This document shows, piece after piece, positions 11,530 through 42,858 of a stretch of DNA of 64,000 nt. The DNA is from Oculina patagonica (lineage: Eukaryota), in NCBI RefSeq assembly GCF_052425735.1, contig NC_135760.1, forward strand, positions 7,688,001 through 7,752,000, written 5' to 3'. Position 1 is the stretch's first letter; the number at the start of each line of letters is the position of its first letter. The notes beneath the pieces are model-generated. The model was not told the DNA's origin. It saw nothing but the letters and a program-made list of their open reading frames with translations, and did no database searches. The position numbers and the translations under genes were made by a program.

Positions 11530-14500
11530 TAACCTTCTTCAGGGGCTGAAAAAGCTAAGTTAAAAAAATGCATGACTTAAAATTGACGTTCACTGGACTC
11601 CTGGGACGTGTTGTTCAAAGCACGATTTATCTAATCCAGGATTAGCGTGAATTTCGATTTCAATTTTTTAACTTTTCAGTAAGGTTTTCTGTTTATACTT
11701 TTTGTTCTCCAGTTTTGACGTTCACTTACCTCAAACTGCACAGTGCATAAGCAATAAAAACACTTTTATACAAGGAAAATTGAACCCTCGATCAACATTT
11801 AATCCTCATCCTTGACGTTCAACAAGAGTACTAGGTGGATGAGTGGGGCATTTGGTCTTCAAACTGAATCTAAGGTTAGGGAGGGGAGGATGTTTGAGCA
11901 CACGAAAGGAGCCTGGGTATGAAACGATTTGACAACACTGTGCAATGTGAGAGGGCACTGATATCACAACAACTTTTCAGCTTTGTTAAATTCCCGACTT
12001 TGCGGTCAGCATGTCTCATCCGGTATGCCGCTCTGTATATTTCCTGTCACACTTATCCGTAATATATATCGTACATTTTAAAAATTCCTGTTTGTTACAA
12101 GTCATAGATGATAATTATATACTTAGGTCGTTTGGTCTGCGATCTGCGCATGTACGTGGGTGGGTGTGTACGAGTGTGTCCTAGAGCATGTTCGTTCTAT
12201 TTTAAGGACTTGTTTGGGATAAAAATATGCCTTATGAAAAACCGAAAAAGGAAACTTAAAGATTTTGTTTACCAATGACAGCGTCGCCGAAGGTAAAACT
12301 ACTTGTGCAGTTTCGTGTCGCATATTGAGGTAGTGAGCCATATTAGGATTTGGGACTTGACCCGATAGATAAACAACACTTGTTGAGGCCTGCTTTGAAT
12401 GAACAATTGGTTATTTGATCAATTGCAGTAGAGAACGAGCTTTGACAATTGAGCTACAATAAAGCTGTGATGCGTCAGTCTGAGAACTGTCGTTCGACTG
12501 CGAAGGTTAACTTTCGGTGAGTTGTGAGAGCTCGAGCTTTGAAGAAGAACGTCATCTGTGGAATACTTACACTGGCTCATCTCTGGCGTGATTCTTATTT
12601 TTCTGTCAATATTGTGTTTATTTTCAGCTTGACATTACATTATCTACATAACATGATCATATGATGATATTATCATGCATGTTGGCTTTCTTCGTTGGCT
12701 ACAGGAAAATACTAAAGATAAGAAAAATAAGGGAGCGAAAACGTATAAGAGACATGTAATTTCTGCGTGTGGCACAGATGACCCATGCATGTGTAGGTCT
12801 GTGTAGCTTTTGGGTCTTTGGCGCGCGCGCGGATGGCACTCGCAGCTCGTGGGGCTCGCCACTCGCGCGCAACTCTCGCCCGTCCAAGCTGAGGGCCTTA
12901 TCATGCCACCCAGGATCCAGATTTGACTGCTCGCATTCGACAAAGTGAAAGAAATTTTGAGAAGTTACTTAGAAACTTTTAGAAGATTTGGGCTTCACTT
13001 CCTGTTAAAATTCGAGCAACGCGGTGACGTAATATAGTTTTTCTTTGCATTTGTCTGTCTTTCCTTGAAAGGGAATGGGGAGTGGGTAGGGGGAGACTTC
13101 AACATATTGGCTTATTATAAAGAACGGTAATGGGATATAAAGGTTTCCCGCCTTTTTGGTCTATTTCAAGATCAAGGTTATATATTTTTTTTTATTATTT
13201 CCGAGTATTATAGCTGTCTGGAATGGGGTACCAAAATAAACATTGTTTTGGTCTGGGAAAAGGTTGATCCGCAGTCTGAAATGTATCTTTCCTCCCCCCG
13301 GCAGCCGACACGCGAGGGCAGAGGGGCAAACTACCGCAGCCAAACATTCTGCGATGGATGTTTTTTTAATGGAGCATACGTCACGAAGCACTTCACTTGA
13401 AAGAAAGCCAGTTGTATCCCATATGAGTGCGTCAAGACTTGTTCACTGCATATACGTAGACAATTTTATCAAAATTTAAAATGGTTGCTTGCCAACAAAG
13501 GGCATTAAAAGCCAGTATTATGTGAAGTGATTTTCTTTATCTTGGCTCGTGGACGGAATATAATACCGATATTTCACAATTCAATTGATCAAATGAATGG
13601 CTTCGTTACGTTCAGGTATTTTACGTTGTCTTGGACACACGTCCGGCGAACCTTTATCGCACCTCGACCAAACCGTCGTGAGAATTTGGTCTTTTCTGAA
13701 ATTAGTTTAATGACAGCCCACCTTAAAGTGTTTTTGTAACGCTACATATTTAACTTGGCACGAAATGATGAGAAATCCTTATTTTGGAAGTTTTTTTATT
13801 GCGTTACATCCCAGAAAAGGCTCAGTAAAGTTCATAGTTTTGACAGATTTTATATGGCGAGGTCGTCCTTTGCGTATAAATTCGAAAAATAGGTAATTGG
13901 CGTTTCTCGGCTTGTCAACTTTTGTATGATAATCATGTTATAATATTTTAAAACGCCTTTAATTCGCTGACCACAAGTCTTGGCTAGTCTTCCAAGGGCA
14001 GCAGAAAGGTTTCAGCGGATTAAATGTTTCCAATACTGTAAATAGCTCAGTCGCCCGTATGTTTTCTGCGGCTTGTTTGACAAAATTCTCCGACGGACTA
14101 ACAACTTTGTGGTCAGGTCACACACTTAAATATATAGATAGCTAGACGTTATTTGGCAACCTAGCTCAACCTAGGACCTTGGGTCGGTTTGGCATGTTTT
14201 TATTTCCTCAGAACATGAACCAAGATACCACAAATGAGAGGCTTGCTTTTTCACGTAGGCCCAATGACAGAATAGTTTTATGCGCTAAATTGGACATTGC
14301 GAGCTTTTAATTTAAACGTGTGTTCTTCAAGTCGAAGCCAAGTTCTTTACTAAACTCATTCATTCAGTATCGAAAAACTTATGTGGAACGCATACAGAAT
14401 ACAAATTTTAAACAAACAAACCAGATTCATTTGGACGGAATTCAGTTTAAACTCGGTGGAAAAGAAAAAACGAAAAACATTTGCACCGCCTAAGTTGGAA

Positions 14501-15737
14501 TTAAAACTAAGAACATAAATATTTATTTCATTCGAAAACACATTTGAAGTTGAAACTTGAAGTTTTCGTCAAGGTAATGTGAGAGAAATCAGTAATTAAT
14601 GGATTTTAGTCACACTATTAAAATATGTGGACCCCAATTTTGAAAACCTAACTTTAGGATTGCAGCTTTTAAAGACGTTTTGCTCAGCAATAGGTATTAA
14701 ATATAAAGATTGTTTTATTTGTCCTTGCTAGTTTTTTTTTACCCATTAAAGATTATCATATTCTCTATGACTTCAAACAAAATATTGAAAAGCAAACATT
14801 ATCTTATCTTATTCAGTGCCTATTTTATTTGATGAAAAGCAACGAAGAAAGCTATCGTTAATACCTTTTTTTACTCCACGAAGTGATTCATTCCAAATCT
14901 TTAATCTCCTCAGAAAAAATTCGTTTTAAAACTCTTTAAGTTGCGATTTCAAAAATGCATGAAATATAGCATTAAAGTTAAGAAAAAACTTGATTACGCA
15001 ATCTTCTGACTTTAAATTGTTAAACTTTGTCCTCAATTTTACGTTGATTTGAACCAAATTAAGGAGATCACTTCGGTTAGAGATAATTGTTGTAGGTTAA
15101 ACGAAAAAAAGATTTTTTTTCATTTCAATCACGCTGTCCTCAAAATGGTCTTTCAGCGTTTCAGCTTGTTCGTTTATCCAGCTGTTAAGGGTTTGCTGAA
15201 TCGAAAATGCGATTATTTGCGTCTCTCAGAATTAAAGTTGACCGGCCAATTTAAAAGGAATTTAACTAAAATATCACAATATCAACCTCTGATTGACAAA
15301 CATGACAGGAAACATTTATTTAAAAATCCAATTATTACAATGAGTTACGGAATCAATTCTGCAAATGTTCCGAAAACGTTGTCAATCTCTTATGTTGATA
15401 ATTTCGCGTTGAAGCAACTTAGAGTCCCGTTGAAGCATTTCGATTTTCCAGCATTTTGCGATAAGCTGTCAAAAAGCTACCATTGGTCGGTCGAGTTTGC
15501 AAGCTTTTAAAGCATTTAGCTAATAAGCTGCCTAATTTCAATATTATTTACATCTGTCAACCGTATTGTTTTCGATTGGATAGAACAATGAGGTATGTTA
15601 AATTGGATTTTTTTTCGCTATCCATTTTACTTGGTACTAATTAAAAGTTTTCTCGTTTTTGAGCTTGCTTAGTTTCGGCTTAAATTTCGCCACTGTCTTT
15701 CTAGAGAAATACTTCTCAGAATTTCCACTGTAACTCG

Positions 15738-15790
15738 TGACAGATACTTAGAAGTTTAAGAAATGACAGTGACAGCGAAATGACAGCACG
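15738..15790. promoter_or_regulatory. Cluster of four TGACAG (TALE homeodomain) sites plus a CACGTG E-box; candidate enhancer/silencer downstream of TGIF
   Basis: TGACAG at 15738, 15764, 15770 and 15781, all in the same orientation within 50 bp. Confidence 0.55.
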
Positions 15791-18317
15791 TGTTTGAAGT
15801 TGTCTCAGTATTTCGCGAATAAAACCACAAAATGATTTCTAAAACGAATTATATAGTTAGGCATTCGCCTGGTGAATTGATACTCTGTTTGCGCGAAGTT
15901 CTACGGACGTTTTAGTACAGCTATGCAGTGGAAAGTTACCACGAATGAAATTAGCCTGAAATTGTCAGTCGGCTTGTCAAAATATGAATAGGCAAATCGC
16001 AGACACCACACGAACAACCTGCTCTCAAGCAAAGGAAGTTTTATTTTTTTAAAACGATAGGCTTTTCCCATGTAATACGTCAAACTGTTTTGTTACATTT
16101 TCAGCCAGTTTCCATTCCTTTGACATCAAAATTCGAAATCAGCTCAACTGGTTAACTGAGCACTTTTAGTTGAAGCCTTCAATGGCTTCGCTTTCAAGTC
16201 CTTTCTATGATTGAAAGTGAAAAGTTACTATCATTCATCATCAGTTACATAGGAAAGCGAATCTACGTTAGTGCACGTTACAGGGTACACTTTTCCAGTA
16301 TTGGCTTCGGTACAGCTGGATTGAAATCGGTGAGCGAATGTTTGAAAAGTTGCACCGTCTCCACAGAAACCATTTATCTGCAAGTTAGAAGAAAGGCGAT
16401 TGTTTACGCCGTAAAACTGAACAAAAGAAATGTTTTTTCTTTACTCTCTAATGTCTTTTTGAACATATTTTTAGCGCGGAAAAGGTCCTTAATTAAACTC
16501 TTTTCTCTCGCCATTTTGTGCGTAATTTTTCGTTTACTGCGTTAACTTTTGTTGGCAATGTTCGATTCAAAAGATCGGGTACCTGACAGTAGCGTTTAAG
16601 TAGCCAATTACCATGCACAGCTCTCTACAAAGACCGGTCTAGCTAGAGGGTTGTATATGGTTATCGGGTCGTCAGATCTCGTTGGATATGTAGAGAATTT
16701 CTACTCATCCGTGAAACTTCAGCGGAGACGAAAGTAATATTCATATTTTTTTTCTTGGGAGCTTGTCAGTTGTAGTGGAATTGTTTATTAAAGAGCGGCT
16801 GTGTATTCCTTTGTTCCTTTGTCTTTTTGAAAACTGACCTGCTATGAATCCCTGTAGCAAAATTGTGACCTTCCTTGAAAATTTACCTCATGTTATCCAC
16901 ACATAATGCTTAAACTACACATTAAATACCATGAGGTTTTCTCGCCCATGGACAAAATATTTTCTGGAGAACTGTCTCCACCAAAACCTTTTATAAATAA
17001 AACTGTGTAAAACAACCAAACAAACCAGGCGTTTTAACACTTTTATCAGCTGTGCCGACAGGTTCTTTTCTTAGAGTGCTTGAAAATGCCCGGAACAAAC
17101 GTGTTAGTGATCGACCAGATTGAATAGATCCTTTGGTCAAATAAGAGTGAAAAGCTGCGACGAGAAACTTTTAAGGCCTTTCAGATTGAAGTTTAGTCTG
17201 CGCTCTGAAAGATAGTTTAAAAAACTTGATACCTTCGCTAAATAAACGGCTGATTTTATTAAAGTGAGAAGTTCTGGTGGTCTGAAACCTTGCTGGGAGA
17301 TATACCCGGATATGGTCGGGGTTTCCGTTTTAATAAATCCCTAAAAACAATATTGACCCGTTCAGCAAGCAGTAATTTGTCTTCACTGATAATTTTTTTC
17401 GCGTTTATAACGCGCTTTTTCTCACCGGAAAACAAGCGATGCAGTCCAGGAGTTTTAATCTTCGAGAACTTTCAGAAAATCCAATAATTTGGTCTGCAAA
17501 TTTGATCTCGGTGTCAGATTATTTGTAAATTTGCATGAGTGATTGCCACTTTCAGTTTTCTATGTTCCGGGTGTTTTGAGGGTTATTATTGCAAGATGTG
17601 ATTGCGATATTCTGGGTTGATAAAGAGAATGTTTTTGATGTCGCTGATATGATCCAAGAGGTTTATCGATCGCGGGGCAAGGAATATGCGGGGACCAGCG
17701 GTAATTATTATTACACTTGTGGATTAGAAGACGGAATTAACACAAGAACAAAACACGCTCAAGAAACAACAACACAACAAGAGCTTAGGTGAAGGATTCG
17801 AGTTTTAATTTCAGAGCAAATGTCAAAGCTGACTCACTTGACCGAGCCATGCTAGAAAATTAGAAACAAATGACAATTTCATTTCGAAAGCCGGTTGGCT
17901 GCTTTCAAGTCACCGGTAGGCACTGTCATTTGACACAGTTCGTCTGTCACAACGTCATTTCAGAATTCTATTTACACAGCGTTCGACAAAACAATGGCGC
18001 ATCTACATAATCTTAGACTTGTTAAATTTCGCGATACTTTGTGGTTTAATCCGCGGACGACCGGCGCGCGCAAAGCGCGGATTGAGTCCAAATTAACTCG
18101 CGCGGTGCCCCCGAGAAGGGATGAAACGCGCTTGCAAGTAAAACCATTATTCGAGTTACCCTTGAAGGCGCAGGCGGCGCAGGTAACGCAACAAGTCAGG
18201 TCGCGCTCTGTTCGGCGAGCCAACGATCTATTATTCATTACAATGTACAAAGGATTCCCGGGTACAATGAGAAAACACAAAGTCTACATGCGATATAAAT
18301 TTCAAATTGCCTAAAAG

Positions 18318-19440
18318 TTAGCATGACAATGAAGCTACCTCTTGAAAGCAATTTTTTCCTTGTTTACGAAATTCGTCCATATTCAGTGCGACCTCCACTA
18401 ATAAATTGATACTGCTGAAAGCGTCTAATGTCTGTGCTTGTTCATTTGCCGGCATTTCTGGCTCGCTGTCCTGTTGCCCTTGCGAGGAAGGGCTTTCGCA
18501 ACCCACGTACTCAAACCGTCCCTGATAATCACATACAGGAAAATACGACTCTTGCTCGTGTCGATTAAAGTCTTTCTCAAACTGCCTCTCGGGGCTGGGC
18601 GATAAACTCCGTTGGTACAAGCTGTTCGGTGAAGGATTTTTGACATTCGCTCTTCGCGTGATGGTGTAATTGCTAGGATCTCGTCCCTCGCGACGAATCA
18701 TCTCGGGTAGTATTCGCCTTCGCGCATTTATAAACCAGTTGCATACTTGAAGCACAGATAGGTTGGCGGCTTTTGAAAGGTACTGCTTCTCCGCTTCGGA
18801 GGGGTAAGCGTTAAATCTGTGCTCCCACAGCCACAGTCGGAGAACGTTTACTGAATCTTTCGGAAGGTTGCCTCTTCTTCTCTTGGGCGGTGGGCTCGCG
18901 GTGACACGTGATGCGCGAAGTACCCTTTCGCTTTCCTCCCTCATATTTTCCACGTTTTCGTCCACTGCGGGAGAGAAAAAAATTATGGTTAGAAACGATT
19001 TAAAGGAAGGCACGAGTTTTCTACTGTCCAAAGTTAGAGAGGCGAGCGCCACGCGCGGATGTAAGCGCCATCATGTTAGTGTCGCATCAAGACATGTATT
19101 GATCTTATGAACTACCTCAACTGTCATCGACAGCGAACGAACAACAGTGAAATCACGAGACATGTCTCGTCTGGAACCCTACGTTCTCTATCTGCGCAAA
19201 ATACAGGAATCTTATTTGAGACAACTCAGAAGGTTTAGAAACAAAAAAGAGATGCAATCCCGACCGAGAATTTTCCCCCACAAACACGAAGTCAACACTG
19301 TCAAAAGCACAACTCATTCATTCAGACTTTGAGAGGCGTTGCGCATTTGGATGGCTTACTGCAAATGACATTCATTCAACCGGCTTCCGTAACTTACGGT
19401 AACGCTTGGTCCTTGATGCCTTGCCCGTATGGGGAGCCAT
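18318..19440 (-). CDS. TGIF: TGIF-class TALE homeobox transcriptional repressor, 2 coding exons
   Basis: Exon 19440-19398 ([14 protein letters not shown], donor C|GTAAGT) splices in frame to exon 18964-18318 (acceptor ttctctcccgcag). Homeodomain [33 protein letters not shown]...[25 protein letters not shown] has the TGIF-specific AYP loop and C-terminal extension. [12 protein letters not shown] resembles the TGIF Sin3-interaction motif. No PLDLS CtBP motif seen. Exon 1 is less certain than the homeobox exon. Confidence 0.93.
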
Positions 19441-21725
19441 GTCTCTTGTCGGAACGCGTCCCAGGGCTGTCGTTGTGTTAGTAGGAGAAAGGACGAGGCG
19501 AAGAATTTGAAGCAGAGCACTGTTTGCGAAACCTGCAGCAGCGAAGAGACTTTGACACTAATGACAGATGAAAGCGTGTGTGCAACAGAGCGTTGCTGTG
19601 TGTTTGTGTAATTTACAATATAATAACGGCACGCGATTGGCTTAGAGTGACAATCTATTTAAATTGCGCTCGAATTTCATTGGCTTCCGCGGACAACTGG
19701 GAAAATTTTCCACGTGGAACTGTGATATACGGTGATTTTATTTACTTCAGGTTTCAGAACCTAACGCCAATTTTGACTGCCCTTTCGCAAGTCTATTATC
19801 AAAGTTTTGTTTCATTTCACCAAAACAAACATTAAAGATCCCGAGGCTTGAGCGAAAATGAAATTTTCTCAACAAATAGAACATTTAACTTTGGTCAGTT
19901 TTCTTTTATTGCCCCGAGGACTCCATTCCTTTTAAAGAGCTCGCTTTCCAATCTTTTATATTGGGATAGATAGATATTCAGTTTATGAAAATTAAGCACC
20001 CGTGATGTGCTATTATATTCCAACTTAAACCAAATTAGAACTCACAGGAATAAATTATTCGCAGGTTCAGTGAAGAGTAGGAGTCACGGCCTGCTTAATA
20101 AGGGTTTGTTTTGATTTTTGCTCGTCAAAATTTCCAGTTTATTCATTCGGGGGGGAGTTAGATCGCGGTTGTTTTTTCCTATTTTTCTGAAATTGCTAAA
20201 GTATCTAACGCCTTATAGGGTTACCGGAGTTACTCTTGTCAACCCAACGCATGTATTGTTTCGTCTTTGAAAGCCGCATTGACCATGTTCTAATATTGTT
20301 TGTGAACAATGCGAGCCAGTCAACCTTGTATCAAGAATGGAATACGTATCTCCGAGCTGTCAAACGCTGGATAAACAAGCGCTTGTCAAATTACGAACGC
20401 GGCAAAAAACGATCGGGAAGTGTAAAAATCGTTTCACTTTCCTGACCACGGATGCGGTTTTATGTTATTATCCCGATATAAAACACGTATCCATTAGCTG
20501 GGTGCTTTTAATATTCGAGCCGACGTCTTTACTTGTTGAATTCTAATAAATATCATATCCCGCAGGCTATGTCATCTCATACGTCACTTGGATACCGCCT
20601 ACGCGAATGTTCAAGCACTTTTAGCCAGCTATGTATTCACTCGTCGCACTTAAAAATATAAGACTTTAAGTTTCTTCGACTAAAAACCCTGCGAATATGT
20701 ACTCTTTTATACTGCGTTTTTATCCAATATAGATGTTACTTTTGTAGCTAATTAAAGATTTCTTTTACCGAGTTCCAAGCGACCGAGAGTCAAGTGAACA
20801 ATGGCAATTAAATTTTCACTCGATACGAGCTAAAGCAATTCCATTTATCCCCAAAACGGCTTTTTTTCTTAAGCTTTTCGAGTGTTAAATTTTGTTTCTT
20901 TTTTCTGAATCGTTTATGTAAGTAGAAGATCCGAAAAGATCTGTAAATGGCAGGATTTGTTTAAAATTTACTGCTTTAAAGTGTTAATTGTTCACCTGAA
21001 CAAGATCTGTTGGAATATTTCACCTGTCAAACTCCGAGTCGCTTGTCAGTGTCAAAAAAAAAAAAGAAAAATGAAATAGCCCAGTTAACAAATTCCTTGT
21101 AACGCCGGGTAAAATAGGTTATTTATTATCGAACTCTCAAAATAGAAAATATCGCTAAAAGACCTGAAAACTCAGCTTGGCATAGCCGAATCACGTTTTA
21201 CAACTTCGCCCTCAGCGAAACTACATGTGGGTACCAGAAAGGACAAAAACACAACACTGGTAATTTGCATCGAATTGAGGAAGGTGACTTGTAAATGGCC
21301 GCGAATGTCTAGTCGAAAAGCTAATTATAAGAGCCAAAAAACATCAAGAACGAAAAAATTAAAATTTTAATATTCCATTTCGCGTTTGTTGGTTTTCTCG
21401 GTGGCTGGATCGAGTTTGAGGTTGCCGTATTGTCTTTTGTGGTCGAGGTTTACTCAGTTGTATTTGCGGTAGATAACACAATTTTAACTATTTTATGAAG
21501 AAAGCAATTGGCTTGTTAATGTAAAGAGCATTTTGTGGGCGTAGAGACCGGAACTTGGTTGATAAAGTTTTCGTTTTTGATTTTGACATGTTGGATACAA
21601 TACAAATGTATTTTTTTTCCGCGAAAGAAATTTTTTGACAAGCCGAGTCGCGCCCGCAGTGAATGTTATTGTACAGCGGCGGATACCATCACGATGTGCG
21701 CCGAAGTCATCACGCAGCAACAAAC

Positions 21726-39853
<18,128 letters not shown>

Positions 39854-40240
39854 CATATTTTATATTAAAGTAAAGTCATTTTTGTAAAATGTCTAAGTAA
39901 AGAAGAGTTTGTTCTTAAATATAAACCCTATACACGCTTGTTCGTAAGAACATTTATATGTAGAAACCCATACTGTTCACCAAAATAAGAAGATGGTTTT
40001 CCATGTTCTATAAAAAAAATAATGTCTGCTCAAACTCCTATTGCGCTTATACAGCGGCTATCTTCTAAATATAAATATAAACATACATGTACAAATTCGT
40101 AATAACAAAACATAAAACCACCTCGTGAAAATAGAAATAAAATGTTTTAAATACCGTAAAATCCTAGTGATAAGCTGTGGGCTTTCTTCAAAAGGCCTTT
40201 TTTTTTGGGAGGGCTTATATTTCGAGGGGGTGGGATTGGG

Positions 40241-40328
40241 GGTAGGTAGGTAGGTAGGTAGGTAAGTAGTAACTTTATTTAAACAGGGTAAATTCATCAG
40301 AAATATACAATAATAAAATACTAAAGCT
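40241..40328 (-). repeat. (GGTA)n microsatellite, probably the 3' tail of a LINE inserted in a G-rich MITE
   Basis: Minus strand reads ...TTTAAATAAAGTTACTACTT(ACCT)n. It lies inside a TACCGTAAAAT..TTTTACAG element (about 40153-40706). Confidence 0.5.
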
Positions 40329-40922
40329 AAGGGGGAGGGTAAGGGGGGTAAGGGGGGGGGGGTGGGAGTGCTTGTTATAGGAAGGGAGGTTGCGTTTAAA
40401 AAAATGTTTGGGTTTATATTTGGAAGGGATATTGCTTTGGAAGAATTACAAGAATATCGAATGGTAAAATTTTCTTAACATAATATGAAACACAAAACAA
40501 GTTCGATAAACGACCTTAAAATACAAAACAAGTTCTACGAAAGGAGGGTTGTAGAGAAAGAAGTTATAACTTCTAAATGTTAGCCCTTTTGGGGTTAGGG
40601 ATGGGGTGGGGGGAGGGGGGTTACCCGAGATACCCAGGGTAGGAGGTTATTTTCCGGAGGGCTTTTCTCGAGGGTGGTATCGGGGCGTATTATCGGAGTT
40701 TTACAGAACTTCATTCCGGTACTTATAATGTAAATGGTAAGGGTGATGTAATATCTAAGTTGCAAATAGATACATCAGAACGTTTTTAAAAACGGTTAGA
40801 AATAGCAAACTTCAGGTTCTTCTTGAGCCGCCTGGACCATCGAGAGACGCGAAAATTTACTGCGCGAAAATAATAACTAAAATTAGAAAAGATGTTCCTT
40901 ATTTAATTTTTCTGGCATTTTA

Positions 40923-41141
40923 GGCCTCGTCCACACTGACCCGGCTAAATTTGAAAACGCCGCGTAAAATGTTTTCCGTCCACATTAACCCGGGTAAATT
41001 TGAAAACGATACCCACTTTGGAGAGCGTTTTTGAAAGCTCCGTTTTCGGCGACCGTAAACGCCGGTTCAGTGTGGACGGTTGGCCTAACCGGAGAAAAAA
41101 GATGCGTTTTCAAATTTACCCGGGTCAGTATGGACGGGGCC
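40923..41141. mobile_element. PIF/Harbinger-type MITE, short form, TTA TSD
   Basis: TIRs GGCC(T/C)CGTCCACACTGACCCGG..AAATTTGAAAACG; TTA on both sides. Confidence 0.85.
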
Positions 41142-42858
41142 TTAAACATTAATTTCTTAGCATAATACTAAGAAAAACATTGAACTATCTTAATTAACCT
41201 ACGTTGACAAACGCGGGGGTTAAGTCAAAGTTACACTTGCCCTCTTTGGTAGTTTTATGGTGATTTTTCTGTTATTTGCTTCATCCTCAAGCGCATTCTT
41301 TTTGTTTCGTCAACGATCACAATTAGGTTTGTTACGTTTTAATTAGTAGGGTTGGGGCCGTAAATTTGTATAAACGTCGATTTGGTTTGATGGAAACATT
41401 TCATAACTGCAAGTGCATCGTTCTTTATTATTCAGTTAAGATTGTAATTGGTTTGCTTGACAATGTGATAATATTGTAAGGGAGGATAAGATTTTTATTA
41501 TTGTTGGAGTTTAAGGGTAATGCAGTCATTTTTCTACTAAAAATCATTGTTACGTTCTTGGGAAAGACACTTTACTCTCATAGTGCCTCTCTATCCAACT
41601 GACAAACTTCTGGGCGTTACCCGCGATGGACTAACATTCCATCCAAAAGGTATAGAAATACTACTAGCCGTTCTCTGCTCACTTTAGTATGCAATGCATG
41701 ACCGACATAGACGGCCTCTCTGACCAAAATTGTCTCGTTCTCCGTCATCGCTCGAGGCTAGAGCGATGTTGAGTTTGGCAAGCTTGAAATAAGTTTCACT
41801 GTCGCCTAAAAGGTCTTAGCCCATATTGATTTTAACTGAGTGCGTACTCGATGACAGTCAACATCCGGCGGAAGTAAAAAAAAAAACAAGTATACAGAGC
41901 TAATATTTTTACTAAGGGATTTTGAGGTGGCTAAATTGGGATCGGCTGCGGCGCGGGTGATGCAGTTAAAACATCTAGGGTCGCGGGTTCGAGCCTTCGT
42001 GTTATATGGATTTTTCTAAATGGTCTGGGGGCTGAATAACCTTCCCCCCCCCCCCCCTGTGTTGACTCGAGCCGGCTGCTCAAGGAGTTAGTAAAATAGA
42101 AACCTCTAAAGAAATTTCGTGTGACACTGTGTAGCGCATATAACTAGTGAATTGAAAATGATAATTAAAATGAAAAATGCGCTTGATGGTAGTATAATGT
42201 TTCCATGAGTTGCCCATCATCGGGCTTGTGGGCCGGATAATTCTTCTCCAGAAATCCATTTTTTTTCGTTTTCCATTTTTCTTTTCATGTTTATAACTGT
42301 TTTTTTCTGCTGTTGCATCCGTTGTTCAGACTTTCTTCTTTTGCTTTTACCTTCTTCACCATGCTTATTCTTATGTTTTCTACATATATTTTGCCTCATC
42401 TCTTCCTTTTTATGTTGACCAGTTACAAAGCCCGTAGCATCTCAAGTGATTTTAAAATATCCTGTTATGGGCCAGGTGCATGTGTTTTTTTCTCTCCGTG
42501 CCCGCATTTGTTTAGAAAATTTAAAATTAGTTTAGATTCACCGTGTTATATATTTTTTGGCAAGTGTTTTGCTACAGACTGGACGATTTAGGTTTTTATT
42601 TGTACCGCTTGACTCGAGATAATATTAATGGCTATAATTCACGCGTTAAAGAGGGAAAAAGAACGAATTCGAATATGCCAATTACGTTTTTATTATTCAC
42701 ACACAAATTACAGCATCCATACATCTTTAATTAGGTGAAATTAGCGCCTGATAGTTATAGTTTCTTATCCTTGATCGTTGGTCGCATTTGATTTTGACTT
42801 ATTAAAAAAGCTTTTGACTTATTAAAATGGAGACTGAAACGACAAGTGTTTAAATCAA

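Noticed and set aside
15049-15510. 153-aa ORF downstream of TGIF
   Set aside because: TTG start, no recognisable domain or supporting splice structure; it overlaps motif-rich non-coding DNA.
18965-19052. ORF-track N-terminus of the homeobox protein ([10 protein letters not shown]...)
   Set aside because: Starts at GTG and runs through a polypyrimidine tract and CAG acceptor at 18965-18967, so it is intron.
41940-42010. tRNA gene (B-box GGTTCGAGCC)
   Set aside because: No consistent cloverleaf or acceptor stem; at most a degraded tRNA-derived repeat.
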